A DNA stretch of 64,000 bases. Source: Azolla caroliniana. Taxonomy: Eukaryota; Plantae; Polypodiophyta. The notes below the pieces were generated by a model that saw only the letters and a list, made by a program, of their open reading frames with translations, searched no databases and was not told where the DNA came from. The stretch is from assembly GCA_043228905.1 (NCBI GenBank), contig JBHGNT010000004.1:14694001-14758000 (forward strand). The letters are read 5' to 3'. Every line of letters starts with the position of its first letter. Positions within the stretch are counted from its first letter, which is position 1. This document shows, piece after piece, positions 38,694 through 50,583 of the stretch. The translations under genes and the position numbers were made by a program.

Positions 38694-40493
38694 TATAGAG
38701 AATCAATGATTATTCTATGCAGTGGAAGAACTGAGTGTCTGTATGGAGAGAGAGAGAGAGGGTGTTACCGAAAAATCAAAATTTGTATTAACAAGGACAC
38801 TAGAATGGCCATCTACAAGGAGAAGGAGGAGGTGCTTATATAATAACCTTCACTCTAAGTTCTCTTACTAGTACCGCCTCTTGGGAAAGAGATCGTGTCT
38901 TAACTACCTAAGGAATATGTGTCATAGAACATTAACTTCTATGACACTCTAGTTACTATACAAGGAGGTGGGGTGTTCACACACTTAAGTATCCTAAAGT
39001 GTGTTCCCACACATGAGAGAGTTGAGTTCGATTCTCAACAAGCCCCTTCAAATGAAACTTCCGGAAACCAAAAAGTTGGTTTGGTTCAATCTTCGAGGTT
39101 CTTGCTTACTCCCCCTCAACCTCGGTTGGTTGACGATCGAAAGACCCAAGTTCGTCATGAACTGCCGCAACTTGTTGACTCCCAAGGCCTTGGTGAAGAT
39201 GTTAGTCGTCTGCAGATTCATGTTGAGGGGTTGCAGGTTGACATGTTCAGCTAGAACACGGTCTTGGATGAAGTGATAGTGCACTTCAATGTGCTTGGTC
39301 CGAGCATGGGAGACAGGGTTCCAAGCTAGGTGAATGTTGCTCATATTGTCTCAGTAGAGGAGAATCGGATCCTTGATAGGAACGCCCAGGTCCTTCAATA
39401 TTCTCTTGAGCCAAACAACTTCACATGCGGCTACAATCGTGACCTTGTACTCGGCTTCAGTGCGACTATCAGTTGTTTCTTAATACTCCACGATATGGCG
39501 CTGCTGGCGAGACAGAAAACAAATCCGGATGTCGATCATCGGTTGGCTCTATAGTCGGCCCAGTCGGCATTGGTATACCATTTGACTTGAATCGGTGTGG
39601 CCGATTTGTAGAGGATGTTGAAATCCATGGTTCCACTCACATACCTTAGCACTCTCTTATGTCGAGATGGATGTCTCGTGGAGTTTGCATGAACTGGCTA
39701 AGGAGGCCGACCGGGTAACTCAGGTTAGATCGGGTAATTGTGAGGTAGATGAGGCTTCCGACTTGTTGACGATAGAGCATTGGCTCGCACTCTCTAGTCC
39801 CGGAGTCAGCATCTAGATTTAGATTTCAATCGAGAGGAACCCGTAGTGATGGGCTTACACTGTGTCATCCCAAACTTATAAAGAAGATTGAGGATATAGT
39901 GCCTTTGTGAAATCATGAAGACGTCAGGAGTCTGAATTACTTCTATTCCTAGAAGGTAATGGAACTCCTTCATGTCTTTCATTTCAAATCGGTTGGAGAG
40001 GAGCTTCTTGATGTGCTCTATATCTGCTAGATGCTCTCCTCATATGACCAAGTCATCCACATAAATGATGATAAATACATGTCCTCGGGAGTCGCTCCGG
40101 ATGAACAAAGAGTTGTCGAACTTGGACATGTTGAAGCCGATCTGATGAAGATATTGTGTGATCTTCGAATGTCATGACCTCAGTGGCTGCTTGAGATCGT
40201 AGAGAGGCTTTTTGAGTCGGCAGCTAGTAGTCGGATGTGTAGTCGACTCGAATCCAGTTGGTTGTAACATGTACACCTCTTCTTCTAACTCGCCTTGGAG
40301 AAATGTGTTCTTTATGTCCATTTAGTGGAGGTGTCACCCTTTTGCTGTTGCAAGCGTGATCACAGTTCAAATTGTAGCCATCTTTGCTATTGGGCAAAGT
40401 TCTCTTCATAGTCGACATCGTGCGTTTATGCGTAGCCCTTCGCCACAAGCCGGGCCTTGTACCGATTGACATTGCTGTCGACGTTGTGCTTCA
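38694..40493 (-). mobile_element. Degenerate Copia 3' half (RT, RNase H, PPT, 3' LTR ~38694-39040)
   Basis: IYVDDL and HARTKHIEVHYHF. The LTR is homologous to 11491-11846. Confidence 0.88.
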
Positions 40494-42444
40494 TGTTGAG
40501 ATATCAAGCTCAACTAGATTTAGCTAGTAACTTAGTCAACACACGTAACTTAGTAGTTACCTAGATAGAATCTAGTTAGTATGTTGACATTAAAGCCTTA
40601 AATAGGATTTGGTACTTGAATGGGATACATTGTAGATCCTCCACTACCATGTTCATTTAATATAGGACTTACACCTTTGTACCTATATTCGACTCACACA
40701 TGTGCACCTTTGCACATGAGATGTATGTATACCTCATTTAATATAGGACTTACACCTTTGTACCTATATTCGACTCACATATGTGCACCTTTGCACATGA
40801 GATGTATGTATACCTCATTGTGGGTATTTTTGTATTTGATGATGCTTTTTAATATAGTTAATCATCCCCCATCTTGTCTTGTTGTTCATAAGTGTTCTTT
40901 CTCTCTTCCTCTCACACTCTCACATATATACACACACATCACATAATCTTTTGTTGCTTAATCACATAATTAGGTACTAATTAATCCTTAGTTAATTACC
41001 TAATTCTTAACATGGTATCAGAGCGTGTGGTTTAGCATATCTGCTAAGCCCACCCGACTCTTCGTGATTGTGTGTTCGAAAAGCCGACGACAAATTCTAG
41101 TTATTCGATACCATAGTGCCACTATGTAGCGCGTGTAAGTGATTGAAGGAAGAAAAGCAACAAAAAAACAAAACAAAAGGGAAGACTTTACAACAACATG
41201 AACACACCAATGGGTAGCTCGCTCCCTAGTGAAAAGCTAGACCGGAGCAATTATTCATCTTGGGAGTACAAAATCAACCATATACCTTGTCACCCAAGGG
41301 TATTGGAGCTACATCAACGGCACGCTCGAGAACAAACCCGACATCACAAACGCCAACTACCCAACTTGGGAGCAAGGAGTGAGTCGGGTAATGTATTGCT
41401 TGGCAACATGTGTCCACGACCACATTTTTAGCCACATTCAAGATGTCAAGATGCCTAAAGAAGCGTGAGAGAACTTGAAGAAGATGTTCGCCACCAACAT
41501 GACTGCCCGAAAGCTTCAAATCCAACAAGAGTTGAACAACATTTAGCAAAAAGAAATGCTTGTGTCGGACTACACCGCCAAGATCAGGAGCATTTGCAAA
41601 TCTCTTCGCTCCATCAACATAATCGTCGACGAAGATGAGCTGGTTCAAGTATTCTCGGGCCTCCTTGCACAACGATTCGACTTATTAAGGACGGAAATCT
41701 TGACAAGGAAAAACCCTCATTCATTTGTCGGCATTCAATCAATGCTATTGGTCGAAGAGAACCACGTCCGAACCAAAAGCAAGACATCGGAAGGACAAAT
41801 GTTCTTCTCGAATTTGGATGGTGGCAGAGGACGAGGTTAAGACGGTACAAGAGGTCGATTTGACCAATCTCATTGAGGAAGACGACCAAATTATTGAGCA
41901 AGGGCACCGAGATTGGAGGATGTTCATCCTCAACACCAATGACGTAGGCACCGCTTTGCTCGCAAAAGGACAGAAGATCGAGTCGGATATCGATCTATGG
42001 CGCAAGTGGATCGTCCATGTCAATTACATGAGCCTTCAGGACCTGCAATCAAAATAGGTTGTTTTCGGATTGCCGAAATTCAATGGCCGGAAGGCCCAAA
42101 TATGTGAACCATGCTAGCTCGGGAACCAACACCAACTTCCATTCCCCACCGAAAGAAACTGGAGCCGTAACAAGCTCGACTTGATACATTCAAATATTTG
42201 GGGACAGGCACACAACGTTAGTCTTGGCGGGAGCCGATATCTCGTCTCTTTCATCGACGACTACAGTTGCCACACATGGATCTACCTAATCGAAAGGAAA
42301 AGGCGAAGTTTTCAATTGTTTCCGGAACTTGCAAAGTCTTGTAGAATGGGAAACAAAGAGGAAGATCAAGTGCTTGCAGTCGGATGGTGGAAAAGAATAT
42401 TTTTCCGGCCAATTCAACAGTTATCTACAGTAGAAAGGAATTCA
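40494..42444 (+). mobile_element. Copia 5' half (LTR 40494-41012 with an 81-bp duplication, PBS, gag, protease deleted, INT start)
   Basis: PBS at 41013, MNTPMGSSLPSEKLDRSNY. gag is joined near 41870 to EEDDQIIEQG. Confidence 0.9.
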
Positions 42445-42920
42445 TGTTAGGATCTCGGTCCCTCCGGATGGGATACGAAGGCAACGGAAGACCCGGTGAG
42501 AACCAGATGACGAGGCCCGGCATCGGAAGACCCAATGAGAATCTAATGTGGAGTACCCGGCAACGGAAGACCCGGTGAGAACCGGATGACGAATACCCGG
42601 CAACGGAAGACCGGGTGAGAATCAGATGTGGAGTACCCAGAACCGGATGACGAGTACCTAGCAAGGAAGACCCGGTGAGAACCGGATGACGAGTACCCGG
42701 CAAGGAAGACCCAGTGAGAACCGGATGTTGCAGGCCCGGTGAGAACCTCTCACCGGATGAAGGGACATATATGTATATATGTTTCTGAGAGCCCATTGGG
42801 GCTATATCTATAAATAGTCCTAATGTCATATTAGTATAAATGTGACCTAGGGCAAACAATGTGATATTATTATAGTTGCTATTATTATCTTTATATAGGA
42901 TCATTGGTGTAACGACTGTA

Positions 42921-42968
<48 letters not shown>

Positions 42969-43421
42969 TACAGAGCATGTCTCTGTTGTAACCGCCACCA
43001 GGCAAAGATTGTGAGCAAGAGGTCGTTGCCTCTGTGCTCCTTGTTGTACTCCCTGACATAGTGATAGCTTGGAGTTTGTGGACTCCCGTGGTTTTTCCCT
43101 CTCAGGGTTTTCCACACTAACATCCTGTGTATTCTCTTTCTGTTTGTGTCCTTACCTACATTCCCATTTCTTCTGTGTTTGATTGTCATCAAGTGATCTA
43201 CACTTCAGTTGTGGCCGGAGATTATTCCGCATATTTCTCATCAAATTGGTATCAGAGCAAAACGACACAGAAAAATGGACAATTCGTTGGGAGGAATGTT
43301 CAAGCTCACCGGCTCCAACTACTCAGTGTGGAAGTTGAAGATGAGGGAAAAGTCGGGGAAAAGTCGGGGACACGGTCAAAGTCAAGGGGGAGGCCTACTT
43401 GTTTCTATTGCGGCAAGCCGG
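42445..43421 (+). mobile_element. Tork-like 5' LTR (42445-43243), PBS and internally deleted gag
   Basis: TGTTAG...TCA, ~40-bp U3 subrepeats 42481-42745, (GA)n 42924-42965, PBS at 43247, MDNSLGGMFKLTG. Confidence 0.9.
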
Positions 43422-43603
43422 TGTCGTGAAGTACGAAAGCTTCACATTAAAAGTCTACAATAAGATAAATACGTAACTAAAATAACATTTAATAATGTTT
43501 TATATATATAGATAATATTAACAACACATATGATAATATTATATATATGTAAAGAAAAATAATATATATACATATAGATAAATATATTATATTACACGAA
43601 CAA

Positions 43604-43661
43604 AAGAGGACTTGAACCAATAACCCCACCCTATGACTCTCAAATCTTACCATTTATTCTA
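43604..43661 (-). other. tRNA-like module 1 in the Gypsy LTR U3
   Basis: TAGAATAAATGG A-box, D-stem GAAT/ATTT, T-CAT-A at the anticodon position, GGTTCAAGTCC B-box, 44-nt spacing. Confidence 0.6.
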
Positions 43662-43737
43662 TACTTGTAATATACATAAAATAAAGCATTTGCTTCATGA
43701 TATAAAAATAAAGTTGTATGTTGTATTCAATAGCATC

Positions 43738-43794
43738 TTGAGAATGAAACCCACAACCTCATACACCAAAGTCAACACACCTACCATTAGGCTA
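43738..43794 (-). other. tRNA-like module 2 in the Gypsy LTR U3
   Basis: TAGCCTAATGG A-box, D-stem GCCT/AGGT, CT-TTG loop, degenerate B-box GGTTTCATTC, 44-nt spacing. Confidence 0.55.
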
Positions 43795-44558
43795 GGCCCT
43801 TTCTCTTTAAAATTATATTTTCATGTTTATTGTTATTGCATATATTGTTTCATACATAAAAGCTCAAATGAGCGAGATGTTTATCATGCATCACATGCAT
43901 TTCATGCACTACATGCATGACTTGTACCCTCCAATGCATCATATGCATGGGGGCACCTATTTAAATGGTGAAAGAGAAGATCAAAAAGAGATATGGATGA
44001 GATATCAATCAAATTATGTATTACATAAGAGATACCACAAAAATAGATAAAGAAGGGAAGAAGTTTAACATAAAGGTGGAGCTTTAGCTTGGCGGTCGTG
44101 GTGGTCAACTCTCAACAAGAGGGAGGCGGTTTGAGCCTTATCTTCATCAAAATATTGAAGTGAAGATTGTAGTGGTCTATGTTCAAGAAAGAGAAGAGCG
44201 ATTACCTTGCAAGACAAAGTTCGGAGGTTCAACGACGTGTACAATCATTTTGTAACTCTTTCATGAAAATGATTATAAATTTCATACACTTTCTCATATA
44301 TTATTTTATATCTTATCTTGTCTTATCTTATATTCCTTAAAAATCCTATTTTGTCATATCTTATTGATCTCTATTCACTCCATCTCTACTCTTTCGTCTC
44401 TTCCGTCCATAATCCCAGTGATTCCTTCCTCACTTTCACGTTATCCTTTGTGTGCGCAATGCTACACTTCGAGGCGAGCCACGTCACGGCACAACTTGGT
44501 GAACCCGATGTGAAACGGGGAAGTAGAAGAGACATCTAAAGTAAAGATCAACATCAAC

Positions 44559-46733
44559 ATGGAAAGTACGAGTACAATGGATCTGGTAATGTTGTTTATT
44601 GAAAAGTTGAATCAAGATCGATTATTTCATGCCTTACGAGAAGTCCGAGAGAAGATTGGTATGTTTGAAGGTACAAATATTTCAAAGTATGTCAATATAT
44701 ATTATGATGAAATGGAAATGTTTGGTGTGAATGATGTCAATATGATAGCAAACTTTTATAAACTAGTGGAAATGGAATTAAGAGATAGAATTCGTGAAAT
44801 ACAAGCATTGCATAGTTTGGATTGGAATGCATTCAAAGAAGCGCTTGTGACTGAATATTCTCGTGAAGATTTCTCTCGAGTTACTATGCGTTCATTTCAT
44901 GAATGGATCTTAAAAGAAGATAAAGGGTTGTCTGTGGCTGACATAAAAAAAGAGTTTGATAGGATGTATGGACACTTAAAGCCAGAAGAAAGAAATTCTT
45001 TGTCTTGGCAAAAGGTTGCTTTATTTTTGCAGGTAGTTGACAAGAGATATAGAAAAGAATTGGAATTTATGCTTGAAGTGCCAAATACTGAGGATGGTAT
45101 AACGGCCGATTGGAATGAGGTAACAAATGCTTGTAATAAATTTATGAAAAGAATGCAACGGAATGGTGTAATGCTACAAATACTACATATGGGAATCATG
45201 AATTGGCTTGATCAAAACATCGAAGTTCAAAGACATGATCGAGAACCATCACACGAAATGGTCCATCAACCACGCGAAATGATTGAAACTAAGAGTGAGT
45301 CTTTGCTTGATGATTTAGTTCAAAGTATGAAAGATCTAACAATTAAAGTGGCAAAGCTTGAGAATGGTCATACTTCGAGGTCAAGGGAACCATTTCGACC
45401 TCGATGCATGTGGTGTGATAGTCTCGAACATCAATTACGTGATTGTGCGGAATATAAAGACATGGAAAATCGAGACTTGGTGTATTGGAAAAATGGTAAC
45501 ATTTATTTAATTGAAACTAGAAGTCCACTTACAAAGAACTTTGGTGATGGTGGTGTTAAGGTTAAATTTGAAGAAGCTGAAGCAAAGAAGGCTTCCACAA
45601 TGTATTACTCGGCAATGGCAGGAATGCGCCTCGATGACATGCCATCTCGATCATCATTCTGGGAGAAGGTTGTAAGTACCGCACAAAAGCAAAAGATGAA
45701 GATGGAAGACCTTCGTGTTGCCGGAGATTCTGTGAGGAAAAACACTGGATGGGATGTTCTAGTAGATGTTATGACAGTCTATGCTCAAATGGCAGAACAC
45801 CAAGAGCATGAGGTGATAGTGGAAGAAAAAAGGAAAAGATCGGATGATGAGATTGGCTCAACCAAAAAGCATGAAACAAGAGAAAGCAAAAGAAAAGAGA
45901 TGGACACAAAAGTTGAAAAAGGTAAATCTGGTCCTTCATTCAAATTAATGTCTGATATTGAAAAGGATACAGATTTAAAGAAAGTTTTAGAAACAAGAAT
46001 ACTAGACAGTCGAGTAGAATTTACACTAAGAGAAGTGTTAGGTATTGCAAAAAAGGAATTTCATGATGAAATAATTGATATTGTGCGAAGAAAGAAGCAA
46101 GTAAATGAGCAGGTTAAAGAGACAAATCCGAAGGTGGCATATGCAGTGGTGAGCAACGAGTCAAACAATATCGTTGTTGACTCTCAACATGCATCAACCT
46201 CAATGATAAATTCAACAGATGTAAGAAGCCATTACTCTGGCAAATGTTGGGCAAGAGCCACTACTGAGCATCATGTGAAGATTGGAAATGTTCCAGACCC
46301 CGTGATGGCACTTATTGATCATGGTTCTGAAATAAATATAATGAGTGCTGATTTTTACAGGAAAGGTAGATGGCCAATTGATACTCAACATGGTTGGCGA
46401 GTAAAAGCTGCCACATCAGTCACGGAAGATTTATTTGGTGCATGCCCAAATGTAAAGGTTATTATTGGTGATATAGAGGTAGATCAACATTTCTTTGTGC
46501 AGGAAGGATCTACCTATCCAATAATCTTGGGGCAACCATACATTACAGCGGTACGGATGGAGACCAAAGTCCTCGACAATGGTTCTGCCTATGCGAAAAT
46601 CCGTAGCCAAGATGGACGACGAGCTGTACAATTTATGACAGTTCGCCCAAATCATGAGAGGAACAAGCAAGAGCTTCGTGATCATTCAATACCAAAAGAT
46701 TGTGATGATTTTGATAATCAGGTTTTTGACTAG
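44559..46733 (+). CDS. Gypsy gag-protease ORF (724 aa)
   Basis: Uninterrupted ORF with CMWCDSLEHQLRDC knuckle, ALIDHGSEINIM protease site and ILGQPY. Confidence 0.92.
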   Translation: MESTSTMDLVMLFIEKLNQDRLFHALREVREKIGMFEGTNISKYVNIYYDEMEMFGVNDVNMIANFYKLVEMELRDRIREIQALHSLDWNAFKEALVTEYSREDFSRVTMRSFHEWILKEDKGLSVADIKKEFDRMYGHLKPEERNSLSWQKVALFLQVVDKRYRKELEFMLEVPNTEDGITADWNEVTNACNKFMKRMQRNGVMLQILHMGIMNWLDQNIEVQRHDREPSHEMVHQPREMIETKSESLLDDLVQSMKDLTIKVAKLENGHTSRSREPFRPRCMWCDSLEHQLRDCAEYKDMENRDLVYWKNGNIYLIETRSPLTKNFGDGGVKVKFEEAEAKKASTMYYSAMAGMRLDDMPSRSSFWEKVVSTAQKQKMKMEDLRVAGDSVRKNTGWDVLVDVMTVYAQMAEHQEHEVIVEEKRKRSDDEIGSTKKHETRESKRKEMDTKVEKGKSGPSFKLMSDIEKDTDLKKVLETRILDSRVEFTLREVLGIAKKEFHDEIIDIVRRKKQVNEQVKETNPKVAYAVVSNESNNIVVDSQHASTSMINSTDVRSHYSGKCWARATTEHHVKIGNVPDPVMALIDHGSEINIMSADFYRKGRWPIDTQHGWRVKAATSVTEDLFGACPNVKVIIGDIEVDQHFFVQEGSTYPIILGQPYITAVRMETKVLDNGSAYAKIRSQDGRRAVQFMTVRPNHERNKQELRDHSIPKDCDDFDNQVFD

Positions 46734-49700
46734 GACTGTTGCGAGTGAGGGTTGCAATAGTTCCATTATTAAAAGACCCTCATATAGGGCATTACAACAT
46801 ATGAATAAGTCATTTCATGTTTCTGAAAGTGGTGCTATATGTGTGACTAGGATGTATGAATGCAAGAGGAACTTGAAAAAGAATGCTAATCTGTTTCAAT
46901 AGGCATTGAAGGATAATGGAGTACTTGAAATGGAAGAGCAGATTGAAAGTGTTATGGAAGAAATTTCTTTTGCAAATACTTTAGAAGAGTTAGAAATGTA
47001 TTTGAAAGAAGATGATGAGAATGTTAGAAAGATACATGTAAACTCAATTGATATGTATTATGAGATTGATAGGTATAATTGTAAATATGAAGAAGTAGAA
47101 AGTTTATGTAATACAAAATACAAAACAATAGATAAAAAGGTCAAACCTGCTGCAGTACCATTACCTATTGGTAGTGAAGAGAAGATGGAGGCAGCAGCAA
47201 CCGAGCCTATGCTTCGACCAATAGAGAAGATCGGACATCACTTCACTTTGGAGACAATAAATAACTTGAGAATCGGAAGGGGTGAATTTCTTCTGCAATC
47301 AGAGATCGCGACTTTCAAAGAAATGATCTTTAGGCATGGGAAAGCGTTCACATTCAAAGCTAAGGAGATTGGTTGTGTAAATCCAAAGGTGGTGATGCCA
47401 ATGGTAATATTTACTATCCCTCATATTCCTTGGAATTTTAAACCTATTGCAGTACCGAGAGCTCGATTACCTCAATTGTTGGAGTTAGTGAAGGATAAAG
47501 TCAAGATGAAGATTTTAGAGCCTTCAAATGCACCATACTCCAATAGATGGTTCACAGTTCCAAAGAAAGATGGTTCTCTAAGATTCATTCAAGATCTACA
47601 ACCAGTCAACAAAGTTACAATCCGAAATGCGGGAATCGGACCGATCGTTGATGAATTTGCGGAAGCGTTTGCTGGAAGAGTGATTTACTCTATGGGAGAC
47701 CTATATTCAGGATACGACCAATTTCAACTAGCAATTGATAGTCACAATATCACAACAATGAAAACACCAATTGGGTTGGTTCGAATGTGCACTCTACCTC
47801 AAGGTGCGACGAATTCGGTTGCTCATATGATGAATGCAATGAACAAAGTTCTACATGAATACATCCCAAAGGTAACTATGCCATTTTTAGATGATATTCC
47901 TATTAAGGGATGCTTAGAAAGAGAGAAAGATGAGACTATGGTTGGAAATGGTTGTAGAAAGTTTGTGATGGATCACATTAATGACTGTAAAAGTATTTTA
48001 AATAAGCTTGAGCAGGTACATTTGACACTATCAGGAACAAAGTCTTGCTTTGGGCAAAACGAAGTTCTAATAGTTGGTCATATGTGTGGGTGGTATGGGA
48101 GGAAGCCTTCACCGATCAAAATTAACGCAATACAAAATATGAAGGAAGTTTGCGATTCGGTAACAGAGGTGAGAAGATTTTTGGGTGCATGTGTGTTTTA
48201 TCATATTTGGTTACCACACTTTGCACATGTCTCAGATCCTCTCTACCAACTTTTAAGAAAAGGAAAGAAGTTTATTTGGACTGATGAACATACGCAAGTT
48301 GTTCAACAGCTGAAAGAAGCATTACTGAAAGCACCAGTTCTTCGTCAACCAGACTACAAAGGTGAAAGACCAATTATAGTAACAGTTGATACTAGCCCAA
48401 TCAGAATCGGTTGGGTTATCAACCAAGAAGATGAAGACCAACATCGATATGCTATTAGATTTGGAGCAAAGATATTAAATGAAAGACAAAGAAACTATGC
48501 ACAAGTTAAACGAGAATTGTGGGGTTTGCTTACTGCATTAAAAACAGATAGAGATTACTTGATTGGAGCAGATGTAGTGGTTGAAACAGATTGTTTGCCA
48601 CTCATTGGAATGATAGCAAGTTGCACGACACCAGATATTGCAATGCTTCGATGGATTGTATACATCAGAACCATGAACCCAGAATTGCGGCATATAAAGG
48701 GAAAAGACAACCCAGTTGCAGATATGCTGTCAAGGGCAAGGTTCATAAATGAAAAGGTGATGCAAACTGAATATAAGAAGTGGGCAACTACAAGCCATCA
48801 ATTTGCTCATCAAGAATCTATTATGCGTCATGATGAGTTTAATGTAAGTATAATGTTCAAAGACACAGAGTATGAAGGTCAATGGTTAGAAATAGGAAAT
48901 TTTCTAAAGACTCAAGAAGCCAACCCATCATGGTCGAAGAAACAATTAAATGAATTTCGAAGACGAGCATTCAAGTATTTTTTACATGAAGGGCATTTAT
49001 GGAGGCGTCCAAAAAGGCCAACCGAAAATCCTCTTCGAGTCATTTGTAAGGATGACATTAAGAGAAAATTAATTAATGAATTCCATGATAGTTTGTGGGC
49101 AGGACATAGAGGCATATGGGCGACATTTATGAAGTTGAAAGAAAAGTATTGGTGGCCACATATGTATAAAGATGTAACGAAATTTGTGGAAACCTGTGAG
49201 GTTTGCCAAAGGTATTCAACTATCCAGTATCGAGATGAGCTAAAACCAACATATTCATCATCAATGCATTATAAATGGATGGTTGATCTAGTGACAATGC
49301 CACTTGGGGAAGGTCAAATGCGATATTTAGTACTAGCAAGAGAAGACCTTACAAACCAAGTAGAAGGAAGACCACTACGACAAAAAACAACTAGAGCTGT
49401 ATGTAAATTTTTGTTAGAAGATGTAATATGTTGTTATGGGTGTGTTGGTAAAATAATTGCAGATAGAGGAGAACTTGACTCTGATGAAGCTAGAGAATTC
49501 TTGAGCCGAATAGGGGTCAAATTATCACTTACAACTGCGTATAATCCAGAAGCCAATGGAAAGATTGAAAGAGGACATAGCCCAATAGTTAAGGCGATTG
49601 TGAATAGCTATAAAGGTAAAATAAGAGATTGGCCATACATGCTACCTTATGCACTATGGGCGGATCGAACAACTCATAGTTCAGTAACAGGATACATGCC

Positions 49701-50184
49701 AACTGAATTTATACTTGGCCAAAACCCCATCATGCCGATAGAAGAATCAATTATGTCATGGATATCTATTCCATGGAGAGAAGAGGTGAGCAGAGAAGAA
49801 TTGCTTGCTTTGCGAATTCAACAATTAGAGCGTCGACCTAAAGATATAGAAATAGCAGCCCAACGATTGAAGGAGGCTCGACTAAAGAATAAAATTCGTT
49901 TTGATAAAACTCATAGAATTCGACATAAGAAAATAGAAGAAGGAGATTGGGTGCTCGTGTATGATAGCAGTTTAGATAATCAACATAGCACCGTCCGCAA
50001 GTTCGCTGAAAGATGGTTTGGGCCTTATATAGTAAGAAAAGTATATGATAACTTTACTTATAAGCTTAGTGAATTGGATGGGACACTAATCCTAAACGTG
50101 GTAGCTGGAAAGAGGATAAAAGTATTTAAGAAAAGGTTTGAGCTTGAACCTCCTCCAATAGATCAACATGAAGATGAAAGATAG
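46734..50184 (+). CDS. Gypsy pol (RT, RNase H, integrase), one in-frame stop at 46900-46902
   Basis: 1092-aa ORF with LPQGATN, FLDD, VDTS, H-H-C-C zinc finger, YNPEANGKIERGH and WFGPY. Confidence 0.93.
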
Positions 50185-50583
50185 TGGCACATGCCGGAGG
50201 ATGTGCAGGTCTAGAGGGGGTGGATGTCGTGAAGTACGAAAGCCTCACATTAAAAATCTACAATAAGATAAATACGTAACTAAAATAACATTTGATAATG
50301 TTTTATATATAAAGATAATATTAACAACACATATGATAATATTAGATATATATGTAAAGAAAAATAATATATATATACACTTTCTCATATATTATTTTAT
50401 ATCTTATCTTGTCTTATCTTAAATTCCTTAAAAATCCTATTTTTTTCATATCTTATTGATCTCTATTCACTCCATCTCTACTCTTTCGTCTCTTCCGTCC
50501 ATAATCCTAGTGATTCCTTCCTCACTTTCACGTTATCCTTTGTGTGCGCAACGCTACGCTTCTAGGCGAGCCACGTCACGACA

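Larger units (their letters stand above)
43422..50583 (+). mobile_element. Near-intact non-chromovirus Ty3/Gypsy element (Phygy-like, tentative), tRNA-Trp primed
   Basis: LTRs 43422-44491 and 50225-50583, PBS TGGTGAACCCGATGTGAA at 44497-44514, PPT 50213-50224, no matching TSD. Confidence 0.95.

Noticed and set aside
42425-43192. 255-aa antisense ORF in the Tork LTR (also 60363-60866 and 62536-63031)
   Set aside because: Explained by stop-poor tandem repeats and (GA)n.
43604-43794. Functional tRNA genes
   Set aside because: The acceptor and anticodon stems do not pair, so they are reported only as tRNA-like modules.
46900-46902. Programmed stop-codon readthrough in pol
   Set aside because: The context TAG-GCA lacks the CARYYA readthrough motif. 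A point mutation is simpler.
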